Positions 24,477 through 31,835 of a stretch of 31,835 nt of DNA are shown piece after piece; positions within the stretch are counted from its first letter, which is position 1, and every line of letters begins with the position of its first letter. The stretch spans positions 1 to 31,835 of IMG/VR virus record IMGVR_UViG_3300025154_000298; one strand, written 5' to 3'. Source of the DNA: a virus (lineage: Duplodnaviria > Caudoviricetes). A model generated the notes under the pieces. It saw nothing but the letters and a program-made list of their open reading frames with translations. It made no database searches and had not been told where the DNA came from. The translations under genes and the position numbers were made by a program.

Positions 24477-24863
24477 TTGCGGGAGATAGCCTGGTTCGAG
24501 GTGCCGATGTTACCCCCTGCATCGCAGTCTCCGAATTCAAGGGTGCATTGGGCGGTTCGTGCCCGCGAGCGCCACGAGTTCATGCAGATGGTGGGGTTGG
24601 CAGCGCTAGCGAAGGGGGTGAAAGACTGGAAACTCTCCGGCGTGGAAATTGGCTTCGATCTCATTGTAGCTCAGAAGCGGCGCAGGGATGCGGATAACCT
24701 CATGGCCAGGGTCGGAAAACCTGTTCTGGATTCGCTGGTGAACCTGGGGGTGCTGGTGGACGACTCTATCGAGCATGTCGCGGTGCGGTTCGTGACTGTG
24801 ACGGTGGACCCGGTCCGGGCACCGCGGACCATCATCTCTATATGGCAGGAGGCGCCTGAGTGA
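24477..24863 (+). CDS. rusA: RusA-like Holliday junction resolvase
   Basis: PN...HW N-terminus and RRRDADNL..K..LDSL..LGVLVDDS catalytic motif. Confidence 0.8.
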   Translation: MREIAWFEVPMLPPASQSPNSRVHWAVRARERHEFMQMVGLAALAKGVKDWKLSGVEIGFDLIVAQKRRRDADNLMARVGKPVLDSLVNLGVLVDDSIEHVAVRFVTVTVDPVRAPRTIISIWQEAPE

Positions 24864-25675
24864 TGCCAATGCAGTCCCTAGTCTGTAGCCTTTCCCCTGG
24901 CCTGGGGATCTTGGACTTGGCGTTCGAGTCCGAAGGCTTTTGCATCGTCCGCGGTCCTGACCCCATCTGGGGCGGTGACAACCGCCGGTTTCATCTGGAG
25001 CCCGGCATATTTCCCGGCATAATCGGCGGACCGCCATGCCAGGAGTTCTCATCGCTGTCGCACTTGGTGCGGCACAATGGGGGGACCCCCAAGTGGGGGA
25101 ACCTGATACCGGAATTCTGCAGGGTGATCACCGAGGCCCAACCGGATTGGTGGCTCATGGAGAATGTGCGGCAAGCGCCATTGCCGATCGTGGAGGGCTA
25201 TGTAGTCCGGGACTACCTGCTCAATAACCGATGGGTGGGAGGCACGCAACACAGGGTGCGGCGATTCTCCTTCGGGACCAGGGATGGACGGGAGTTGGAC
25301 CTTAGCGCGGACCTGGTCATATTCGAGGCCGCAGACTTCGGCTGGGCCGTCTATGCTGGCCATGGCCCGACTCCTAGCCAGCGAGATAAGGTGCGCCGCC
25401 AAGCCGTCACAAGCGATATGCGGGTTGACGATCACCGGCATCTGACCCGAAAGAACGTCCTTCCCCATGATAAAGGGGGTAAACTGGTCCCCCTGGGCGC
25501 AATGCTGCAACTACAAGGGCTACCGGAAGACTGGCTAGATCATTGCCCTTTCACCATGCAGGGCAAGAAGGCAGCGGTCGGCAATGGCGTGCCTCAACCC
25601 ATCGACCGAGCCCTGGCCAAGGCAGTGAAGCGTGCTATGCAGTACGAGTTCGAGGGGGAAGGAGCGAAAGGATGA
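24860..25675 (+). CDS. DNA (cytosine-5) methyltransferase
   Basis: Motif I SLSPGLG, IV GGPPCQ, VI ENV, VIII HRVR, X VGNGVP. Confidence 0.9.
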   Translation: MMPMQSLVCSLSPGLGILDLAFESEGFCIVRGPDPIWGGDNRRFHLEPGIFPGIIGGPPCQEFSSLSHLVRHNGGTPKWGNLIPEFCRVITEAQPDWWLMENVRQAPLPIVEGYVVRDYLLNNRWVGGTQHRVRRFSFGTRDGRELDLSADLVIFEAADFGWAVYAGHGPTPSQRDKVRRQAVTSDMRVDDHRHLTRKNVLPHDKGGKLVPLGAMLQLQGLPEDWLDHCPFTMQGKKAAVGNGVPQPIDRALAKAVKRAMQYEFEGEGAKG

Positions 25676-26043
25676 ACTGGCGCCGCCGGTTGCTTCGCCT
25701 CTATGCCCAACTTCCGACATTCGAGTGCGTACCTGGATGCTCTCACTGCTGTGGCCCGACGCCCTGCGCGCCATCTGAGACGGCGCTTATCGCGCAGTGG
25801 CTCACCCAGCGGGGACTTGCGGTGCTCCACTCTCCATTGGCCGTTCTGCCTACGACGGATGGCCTGACCTGCGTGTACGCTGGGGCCGATGGATGCTCTA
25901 TCTACCCCGTTCGCCCTTTCATGTGTCGGCTCTACGGCTCTATCCCCAAGCTGCGCTGTCCCCTCGGTCGGGGGCCTGCGGAGCCCTTGAGTGAGTCCGC
26001 CGAGGCGTCCCTTATGCGTGAATATCTGGCGGCTTGGGTATAA
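25672..26043 (+). CDS. YkgJ-like cysteine cluster protein
   Basis: CVPGCSHCC...C...GCSIYPVRPFMCRLYG. Confidence 0.85.
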   Translation: MNWRRRLLRLYAQLPTFECVPGCSHCCGPTPCAPSETALIAQWLTQRGLAVLHSPLAVLPTTDGLTCVYAGADGCSIYPVRPFMCRLYGSIPKLRCPLGRGPAEPLSESAEASLMREYLAAWV

Positions 26044-26165
26044 CATGAAGAACTTCATGTTTCTCCTGGTCGTCTCGCTCCCGTTTTGGGGGCTGTTGGA
26101 TTGGCCTGAGTGTGGCAGTGTGGCAGAGTGGACTACATGCAGATAATGCAGCAGGTGAGGGAACG

Positions 26166-26444
26166 ATGATATTTGATGACCTTATAATAGCAGAACGGAT
26201 ACAACAGGATAAGAAGTGGGGGCAACAGGATCATTTACCCATTGAGTGGCTGGGGATACTTTCCGAGGAAGTCGGAGAGCTTGCTCAGGCAATTGTAAAT
26301 CGGCACTTTAGTAAGTCTGCTGACGATGGACTACAAATCCAACTGGAATTAATCCAAGTTGCTGCCGTAGCTCGCTCAATATGGGAATGCGGTGAGCGCA
26401 ACCATTGGTGGCTACCCACCCAAATTAGAGAGAATGCGGGTTAG
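26166..26444 (+). CDS. MazG-like nucleotide pyrophosphohydrolase
   Basis: ERIQQDKKWG..WLGILSEEVGELAQA...ELIQVAAVA. Confidence 0.8.
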   Translation: MIFDDLIIAERIQQDKKWGQQDHLPIEWLGILSEEVGELAQAIVNRHFSKSADDGLQIQLELIQVAAVARSIWECGERNHWWLPTQIRENAG

Positions 26445-27183
26445 CGCCGTCGTTATTTTCCTTGCGCTGGGCCTTAGCGTTGTGCTGGATGCCGTGGTGC
26501 CCTTCCCTACAACCGCCCCAGGGCCTCCCACAGGGGCCTGGGTGGTAGGCAAGGGGCAGCAGCATAGTAACGGGTATCCGCCCGGCCCCAATTCCGGGTC
26601 GTCTAGCGGTAGGATGCGATTCTCTGAAAATCGAGACGTAGGTTCGAGTCCTACCCCGGAAACCAACATGATCGAGGGTCGGCTAGAGGTAGGCCAGCAG
26701 GCTTTGAACCTGTCAACGGAGGTTCGAGTCCTCCCCCTCGAACCAATTGCAGCGCGTGGGGGCCATAACGGGCTGGATCTGCTGGTTGGCCAATCGGCGA
26801 GGATGGATGTAAACAATGGAATGGAGCGACGTACTCTGGATGCTGATGCTGGTGTTGTTCGCCGTATACGGCAAGGCGCGGACATTGTGACGGCGGTGAC
26901 GGGGACGCTCACTTATTACCATCCGGATCTCGCGGGCAACGTCATGCGCGATGGGATAACCACCTACGAGCCGACCATGAGCGGGGTGGCCGCGGCGACC
27001 TCCTGGCCGCTGGGGACCTGGCTAGAGGTGCGTGGGCCGACGGGGAGGTCCCTGCTGCTGGTGATCTCCGATACCGGCAAGTTAGAACCTGGCGCTCTGG
27101 ACGTGCCAGAGGCCGTCTTCGTGGTGCTTGCAGGCAGCCTTGCCCCTGGGCGGGTGCCGGTGAGGGTAAGGGTAATAGATTGA
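26434..27183 (+). CDS. RlpA-like double-psi beta-barrel (lytic transglycosylase-like) protein; start either 26434 (with signal/TM) or GTG 26887
   Basis: TYYH..G..MRDG..AAA..WPLGTWLEV...VISDTG...LDV..F motif at 26887-27183; the frame is open back to a hydrophobic N-terminus. Confidence 0.65.
   Translation: MRVSAVVIFLALGLSVVLDAVVPFPTTAPGPPTGAWVVGKGQQHSNGYPPGPNSGSSSGRMRFSENRDVGSSPTPETNMIEGRLEVGQQALNLSTEVRVLPLEPIAARGGHNGLDLLVGQSARMDVNNGMERRTLDADAGVVRRIRQGADIVTAVTGTLTYYHPDLAGNVMRDGITTYEPTMSGVAAATSWPLGTWLEVRGPTGRSLLLVISDTGKLEPGALDVPEAVFVVLAGSLAPGRVPVRVRVID
26592..26665 (+). tRNA. tRNA-Gln(CTG)
   Basis: Acceptor TTCCGGG/CCCGGAA, anticodon arm CGATT-CTCTGAA-AATCG, T arm GTAGG-TTCGAGT-CCTAC, encoded CCA. 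Confidence 0.93.
26672..26745 (+). tRNA. tRNA-Gln(TTG)
   Basis: Acceptor TCGAGGG/CCCTCGA, anticodon arm GCAGG-CTTTGAA-CCTGT, T arm GGAGG-TTCGAGT-CCTCC, encoded CCA. Confidence 0.93.
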
Positions 27184-27377
27184 ACGAGATGCCAACAGTT
27201 CTTTGCCCTAAGTGCGGAGGTCCGGCAACACTATTACAGAAAATCCCGCACCATAGAGGGTTGGTTGCATATGTGATGTCCTGTACAATCTGTAGGTCTA
27301 AGTTTTTCAAAGACTTTAATCGTTGTGTTGGGAATGATACGATTTTGAGGGGTAACCAAGATTCGGAAAGAAGCTGA
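27180..27377 (+). CDS. zinc-ribbon protein
   Basis: CPKCGG...CTIC. Confidence 0.6.
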   Translation: MNEMPTVLCPKCGGPATLLQKIPHHRGLVAYVMSCTICRSKFFKDFNRCVGNDTILRGNQDSERS

Positions 27378-27504
27378 AACTGCTCGCAAGCGAGGGAATG
27401 CTCGCTCTGTTCATATTAGCGTATACCTAGACGAGTAGCTGAGGTAGAGTAGGAGGAAGCGTGAAACAGGGAACGATTAGTAGGGGCAAAAGAGGGGGCC
27501 GAAA

Positions 27505-28218
27505 ATGATTAAAACGCGCATCGAGACCTTTGACTATTCATGGAATCCGACCAGTGGCTGCTCATTGGGCTGCTCCTACTGTTATGCTCGCAGGATTGCT
27601 CACAGATTCAAGCAGTCCTTCGAGCCGACGTGTCACCCGGAGAGATTAGCGCAACCGGCACGCGTGAGAAAACCATCGCGAATCTTTGTCGATTCTGCTG
27701 GTGACCTGTTTGACCCCTCTATCCCGTTCACTTTTATACGGCGCGTATTTGCAGAGATGCGCATGAATCAGCAACATACGTTCTACGTGTTGACGAAGCG
27801 GGCGGGGCGGATGTTAGAGTTTATGACCGTACTTGAGGCCAGCATGAATCATCGCCCATTTAGCTATTTGCCACAGCGCCATATATGGGTGGGGGTCTCA
27901 GTGACGAATCAGGCCGATGCTGATGAGCGCATACCGCTGCTGTTACAGACGCCCGCGGCTCATCGGTTTATCTCGTTTGAGCCGCTTTTGTCCGAGGTTG
28001 ATGCTGGAACGTGGTTTTGGTCTATGATGAGCGACGCTGGCAAGTGTGCTATTTCCTGGGCCATTATTGGCGGGGATTCGAGTCCCGGGGCGAAGCCTCC
28101 CGCGGCTGAGTGGGTAGAGGCGTTGACGAAACAGTGCGTGGCTGCTGGTGTCAGCGTTTACCACAAGAACAGCTTGCGGAGGGTGATATCCGATTTGAGG
28201 CGGGCGCATGTGGCGTGA
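27505..28218 (+). CDS. DUF5131 (phage Gp37/Gp68, radical-SAM-like) protein
   Basis: WNPTSGCSLGCSYCYA, IFVDSAGDLF, LTKR, WVGVSVTNQ, FISFEPLL, WAIIGGDS. Confidence 0.9.
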   Translation: MIKTRIETFDYSWNPTSGCSLGCSYCYARRIAHRFKQSFEPTCHPERLAQPARVRKPSRIFVDSAGDLFDPSIPFTFIRRVFAEMRMNQQHTFYVLTKRAGRMLEFMTVLEASMNHRPFSYLPQRHIWVGVSVTNQADADERIPLLLQTPAAHRFISFEPLLSEVDAGTWFWSMMSDAGKCAISWAIIGGDSSPGAKPPAAEWVEALTKQCVAAGVSVYHKNSLRRVISDLRRAHVA

Positions 28219-29299
28219 AGGGGGACTACGGGGAACGGGGCTACGGGGAGCTCCGTTCCCGTATTTTGGAGGGAAGCGCACCATCGCGGCAGCGGTGTGG
28301 GACCGCCTGGGGGACGTGGCCAGCTACATTGAACCGTTTGCGGGGTCGGCGGCGGTGCTGCTGGCCAGGCCGAACGCGCATTGCTGGTGGGACCGGACCG
28401 AGACGATAAATGATATGGATGGAATGGTCTCGAATTTTTGGCGGGCGCTACAGGCGGACCCGGACGCGGTGGCGAAGTGGGCAGACCACCCCGTTCTGGA
28501 AAACTGCTTGCACGCTCGCCACGCGTGGCTGGTAAGCCAAAAGGCATCACTCCGAGAGCGCCTGGAGGGGGATCCGGACTACTACGATGCCAAAATAGCC
28601 GGGTGGTGGTGTTGGGGCATGTGCTGTTGGATCGGGGGCGGGTTCTGTTCGGGACGAGGCCCCTGGCACGCCGTGGACGGCGAGTTGGTGAAAGCTGGCG
28701 ACGATGGCCAGGGCGTGAATCGGAAGCTAGTGCACCTGGGGGATGACGGCCAGGGCGTGAATCGGACGCGAGTTCACCTGGGGGATGACGGCCAGGGCGT
28801 GAATCGGAAGCTAGTTCACCTGGGGGATGACGGCCGGGGTTTATGCGAAGCAGTGCATGAGGGCATCCTGGCGTGGATGCGGAGGCTAGCAGATCGGTTG
28901 CGTAGGGTGAGGGTATGTTCGGGCGATTGGGCCAGGGTATGTACGCCGGTGGCCTGCCGGGAGGAAACCGGCTTGGTGGGGGTATTTCTGGACCCGCCCT
29001 ATTCGGCTGAATCGGGCCGGGACAACGAGATCTACGCAGTGGAAAATCTGACAGTCGCGCACGAGGTGCGGGCCTGGGCGATAGCTCACGGGGAGGACCC
29101 GCGGTATCGGATCGCGTTTTGCGGGTATGCCGGAGAGCATGATATGCCGGACTCGTGGGAGGTGCTGGCGTGGAAAGCGGTTGGCGGATATGGCAATCAG
29201 GGCAACGGTGCCGGCAGGGAGAATAGCGCTCGCGAGGTTGTCTGGTTCAATAAATCATGTCTCAAGCCGGAGCGGGTGCGGCAGTTGGATCTGCTGTGA
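28208..29299 (+). CDS. DNA adenine methyltransferase (D12/Dam-like)
   Basis: PFPYFGGK, EPFAGSAAV, ETIND, FLDPPY. Confidence 0.9.
   Translation: MWREGGLRGTGLRGAPFPYFGGKRTIAAAVWDRLGDVASYIEPFAGSAAVLLARPNAHCWWDRTETINDMDGMVSNFWRALQADPDAVAKWADHPVLENCLHARHAWLVSQKASLRERLEGDPDYYDAKIAGWWCWGMCCWIGGGFCSGRGPWHAVDGELVKAGDDGQGVNRKLVHLGDDGQGVNRTRVHLGDDGQGVNRKLVHLGDDGRGLCEAVHEGILAWMRRLADRLRRVRVCSGDWARVCTPVACREETGLVGVFLDPPYSAESGRDNEIYAVENLTVAHEVRAWAIAHGEDPRYRIAFCGYAGEHDMPDSWEVLAWKAVGGYGNQGNGAGRENSAREVVWFNKSCLKPERVRQLDLL
28697..28840 (+). repeat. 42-nt coding tandem repeat (3.4 copies, GDDGQGVNRKLVHL)
   Basis: Read directly from the sequence. Confidence 0.95.
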
Positions 29300-29493
29300 C
29301 CGAACTACGCGACGACTACTATCCATGTGGGTGCCGCGTGGGTCAGCGCGGGGGCGTGGTCGTGAGCTGGCTTCACTGCCCGGCACACCCGGTGTTGCAG
29401 TTCCGCCGCCGGATGCCGACGCTACAGGAGATTGAGTCTGTGATAGTGGAGCGGCAACCTCGGCTGATGCCGGACGCGCAGAGGCCCGGCTAA
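29296..29493 (+). CDS. small hypothetical protein
   Basis: GTGA overlap; PCGC...CPAH. Confidence 0.6.
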   Translation: MTELRDDYYPCGCRVGQRGGVVVSWLHCPAHPVLQFRRRMPTLQEIESVIVERQPRLMPDAQRPG

Positions 29494-29511
29494 ACTGGTA
29501 GCCGGGCCTCT
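29480..29511. terminator. hairpin at the convergence of the two transcription arms (bidirectional terminator candidate)
   Basis: Perfect 13-bp stem AGAGGCCCGGCTA-aactgg-TAGCCGGGCCTCT. Confidence 0.7.
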
Positions 29512-29523
29512 CGTGTTTGGGGT

Positions 29524-29742
29524 CTACGTGGCTATTGCTGCCAGCTTGATTGCCTGTCTCCATCCAGCCTTCAGAACCATGGTTCGCTCTCCGTCTCTGA
29601 TCTCCACGATGTAGCGGTGCGTTCGGTTGCAGACGCTACTATGAGTCATGGCTCGATGGTTGCCCTTCATCTCGGCATTAACTGCCCGGCTTACGGCAGC
29701 GTCCCATTGCTGATAGGTGATGATCTCAAGCTCAGTGCTCAT
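29524..29742 (-). CDS. hypothetical protein
   Basis: ATGA-coupled chain on the minus strand. Confidence 0.7.
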   Translation of the reverse strand: MSTELEIITYQQWDAAVSRAVNAEMKGNHRAMTHSSVCNRTHRYIVEIRDGERTMVLKAGWRQAIKLAAIAT

Positions 29743-29969
29743 GGCTCACTGCCTTCTTTGTGCTCGGGGTTACGGCACTTGCCGATTTCTCGCAGGAAAC
29801 GTTGTCTGCTCAGTTCTTCCTCTCTGATGGTGGCGGCCTGCTCCTGCGCGGCTTGCATGAGTTCGGCGATACGGCCCAGGCGCTCCGCGATGGCAACCAG
29901 GGCCGCGGCCCCCATGCCCTGGTTGCTCCCGATGGAGTTCATGGCCTCAATGGTCCACAGGTATTTCAT
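29739..29969 (-). CDS. hypothetical protein
   Basis: AAGGAG SD; AALVAIAERLGRIAE helix. Confidence 0.7.
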   Translation of the reverse strand: MKYLWTIEAMNSIGSNQGMGAAALVAIAERLGRIAELMQAAQEQAATIREEELSRQRFLREIGKCRNPEHKEGSEP

Positions 29970-30223
29970 TTCGTCTCCTTCATCTTCGCGGTCTCTATCG
30001 CTTCCATTGCCCGGTCGAACGCAATGGCCGCGGCAAACTCAGCCGCGGCCTCTTCGAGATCTTGGTAGTGGTTGTAGTTCATCTGCACCTCTCCCGCCTC
30101 GTCGCGCGAGATGAAGTTTCCCTGGCTGGTGGCGCTTGGGGGCCTGTGCTCCCACGTTACCTCTGCGCCTTCCACTGGGGCCAGCACCGAGAGTGCGGCC
30201 TTGATTGCCTGTCGGAATGTCAT
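29966..30223 (-). CDS. hypothetical protein
   Basis: GGAGG SD; overlap-coupled. Confidence 0.7.
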   Translation of the reverse strand: MTFRQAIKAALSVLAPVEGAEVTWEHRPPSATSQGNFISRDEAGEVQMNYNHYQDLEEAAAEFAAAIAFDRAMEAIETAKMKETK

Positions 30224-30423
30224 GGTTTCTCCCTCCTGATCTGAACAGAGTAGGCTGACTGTTCGTGGTCGATGTCCAGCGAGGCGGGCTTGCGAATCGT
30301 AACGGTCATGCGCAGGGAGTTTGCCTCCCGCACAAAGAGGCCAAATTCGCCGTCTGTGATGAGGTACCGCCCCTCCTCTGTGTCAATCGTGATGCTGTTG
30401 CTAGCGTTTGGCGTGATGGTCAA
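30220..30423 (-). CDS. hypothetical protein
   Basis: AAGGAGG SD, TTG start. Confidence 0.65.
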   Translation of the reverse strand: MTITPNASNSITIDTEEGRYLITDGEFGLFVREANSLRMTVTIRKPASLDIDHEQSAYSVQIRREKP

Positions 30424-30640
30424 GTTGCGCCTCCTTCTTCAACAATGCTTCGAGCATTTCGACTTCATCCAGCCGGATCGTGCGCATCCGGCCGCACTTG
30501 GGACAGCTCCAAACCCGGCTGGCGTGCCGGTTGGCCCCCATCCCGCGCCACTCCAGGCCCCGGCTCCACATCGGGCGGGCGCAGGTTGGGTTGGGGCAGA
30601 TCGGCCGGGGCTGGGCGTGAGTTTCTTGAAGGCGGGTCAT
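30401..30640 (-). CDS. zinc-ribbon protein
   Basis: ATGA overlap; CPNPTC...CPKCG. Confidence 0.7.
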   Translation of the reverse strand: MTRLQETHAQPRPICPNPTCARPMWSRGLEWRGMGANRHASRVWSCPKCGRMRTIRLDEVEMLEALLKKEAQLDHHAKR

Positions 30641-31275
30641 GACAATATCTCCCTCAGGCGGGCTTCCTGCCATGCTCGCTCGGCGTACCAGGCGGACTCG
30701 GCGGCGTACTCGGCGTACCAGGCGGACTCGGCGGCGTACTCGGCGGCAAACCAGGCGGACTCGGCGGCGGACTCGGCGGCGGACCAGGCGGACCTGGCGG
30801 CGGACTCGGCGGCGGACCAGGCGGACCTGGCGGCGGACTCGGCGGCAAACCAGGCGGACCTGGCGGCGGACTCGGCGGCGGACCAGGCGGACCTGGCGGC
30901 GGACTCGGCGGCGTCGAGTTCTTCCCTGCTGGCCTCGGCGGCGGCGAAGCGTCGGGCCACTGCGATAGCCTCCCGCGGTCGGCTGTCGTGAGGGCAGAGG
31001 GCCTCGAAAATCGGCAGCACATGCTCCGCGTAGTCGCAGGCCAGCACGCGGGCGAAACGGTCTCGCTCCTGTTCTTGTTCCGCCGGTACGGCCCGCAACG
31101 CCCAGAGCGCGTCATCCAGGCCGTTCAGGTCCAGGATTTGCAGGAGCGTGATGGGGCGGTCGTGGCTGTAGTGTGGCCCCAGGGCCGAGCGCAGGTGGGG
31201 GTACCGATTAGTGCACGCGTCGTGCTGCCGGAGCAGCCGGAGCGTGGTGGTTAGGGTCGTCATGTTGTAGCTCAC
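30637..31275 (-). CDS. phage protein with Imm5-like helical segment and Ala-rich 11-aa repeats
   Basis: NGLDDALWAL, ACDYAEHVLPIFE..DSRPREAIAVARRF, AAESAARSAW repeats; AAGGAG SD. Confidence 0.8.
   Translation of the reverse strand: MSYNMTTLTTTLRLLRQHDACTNRYPHLRSALGPHYSHDRPITLLQILDLNGLDDALWALRAVPAEQEQERDRFARVLACDYAEHVLPIFEALCPHDSRPREAIAVARRFAAAEASREELDAAESAARSAWSAAESAARSAWFAAESAARSAWSAAESAARSAWSAAESAAESAWFAAEYAAESAWYAEYAAESAWYAERAWQEARLREILS
30679..30912 (-). repeat. 33-nt coding tandem repeat (~7 copies)
   Basis: AAESAARSAW[S/F/Y] units. Confidence 0.95.
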
Positions 31276-31334
31276 TTTTCTTCTCCTTTAACGCCCGGCC
31301 TCACGACCGGGTTCCCGTGAAAACCGTATAGTTT

Positions 31335-31835
31335 TTAATCCAGCACCTTGAGTCTCTGCACCCGGACCTTCGCGTCCATCGTAGGTAGGCCGGCAAACAG
31401 AATATCCGCGCTGGCCACTTCCACCCGCAGGCAAATCAGATCGTGGCCAGGGGCGCACAGTCCCACCCATTCCGGCCGGTATCCGGGACGCAGCACATGC
31501 AGCCCCGCCGCGCACTGCTGATCGCTCACTACGGCCTCCGCCTCGACGACGGCTTCCTGCGCGTACGTCAGCACCGTACCCCCATCGAAATTGGGGGACT
31601 TCCGGGCAGGAGTCACCCATTTCCAAAAGATGTGGGTTTCTGAACCAGAGAGGTACGCTTGGCGGAAACATTCGTTCAATGCCTCGCTAGTCACGCCGTC
31701 TCCCAGGCGCACGCCGTTCCCCAGGCTCACGTTGTTCCCCAGGCGCACGCCGTCCCCCAGGCTCACGTTGTTCCCCAGGCTCACGTTGTTCCCCAGGCTC
31801 ACGCCGTCCCCCAGGCTCACGCCGTCTCCCAGGCT
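31335..31835 (-). CDS. hexapeptide-repeat (left-handed beta-helix-like) phage protein, 5'-truncated
   Basis: LGDGVS/LGNNVS repeats followed by a C-terminal domain (..QQCAAGLHV..KVRV); the frame runs off the window end. Confidence 0.8.
   Translation of the reverse strand, partial: SLGDGVSLGDGVSLGNNVSLGNNVSLGDGVRLGNNVSLGNGVRLGDGVTSEALNECFRQAYLSGSETHIFWKWVTPARKSPNFDGGTVLTYAQEAVVEAEAVVSDQQCAAGLHVLRPGYRPEWVGLCAPGHDLICLRVEVASADILFAGLPTMDAKVRVQRLKVLD
31692..31835 (-). repeat. 18-nt coding tandem repeat (>=8 copies)
   Basis: CTGGGRRACRRCGTGMGC units. Confidence 0.95.

Noticed and set aside
26746-26810. tRNA-associated HDV-like (theta) ribozyme
   Set aside because: One hairpin is present, but the nested double pseudoknot could not be assembled by eye.
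30272-31115. Arg-rich, Pro-rich and ADSAA alternative ORFs
   Set aside because: They are shadow frames of the 33-nt repeat in 30637..31275.
1-31835. DGR/retron, integrase/att site, IS element
   Set aside because: No reverse transcriptase, recombinase or transposase motifs, and no TR/VR pair seen.

Overview
GC-rich fragment of a tailed-phage (or prophage) genome. No integrase, att site or host housekeeping gene is visible. 1-10.2 kb: end of a virion-structure operon (head decoration, GH-A/CBM-containing virion proteins, nozzle-like protein, tail fibre; no tail tube, sheath or tape measure seen, so possibly podovirus-like). 10.2-13.6 kb: an HTH + RNA-ligase insert, then the lysis module (holin, GH-A hydrolase, amidase). 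The amidase appears to be reached by a programmed -1 frameshift. 13.6-29.5 kb (+): regulatory, early and replication genes (HTHs, Bet/RecT SSAP, ASCH, prim-pol, AAA helicase, palindromic origin candidate, RusA, C5 and adenine methyltransferases, MazG-like, two tRNA-Gln, RlpA-like, DUF5131). 29.5-31.8 kb (-): small early genes with tandem repeats. Main candidate system: a stand-alone Cas7/RAMP-like gene (18715-19296) followed at once by a ~420-nt array of NGC-NN pentamers. This is a non-CRISPR repeat architecture that suggests an RNA-guided system. All assignments are by eye from motifs; no searches were run.
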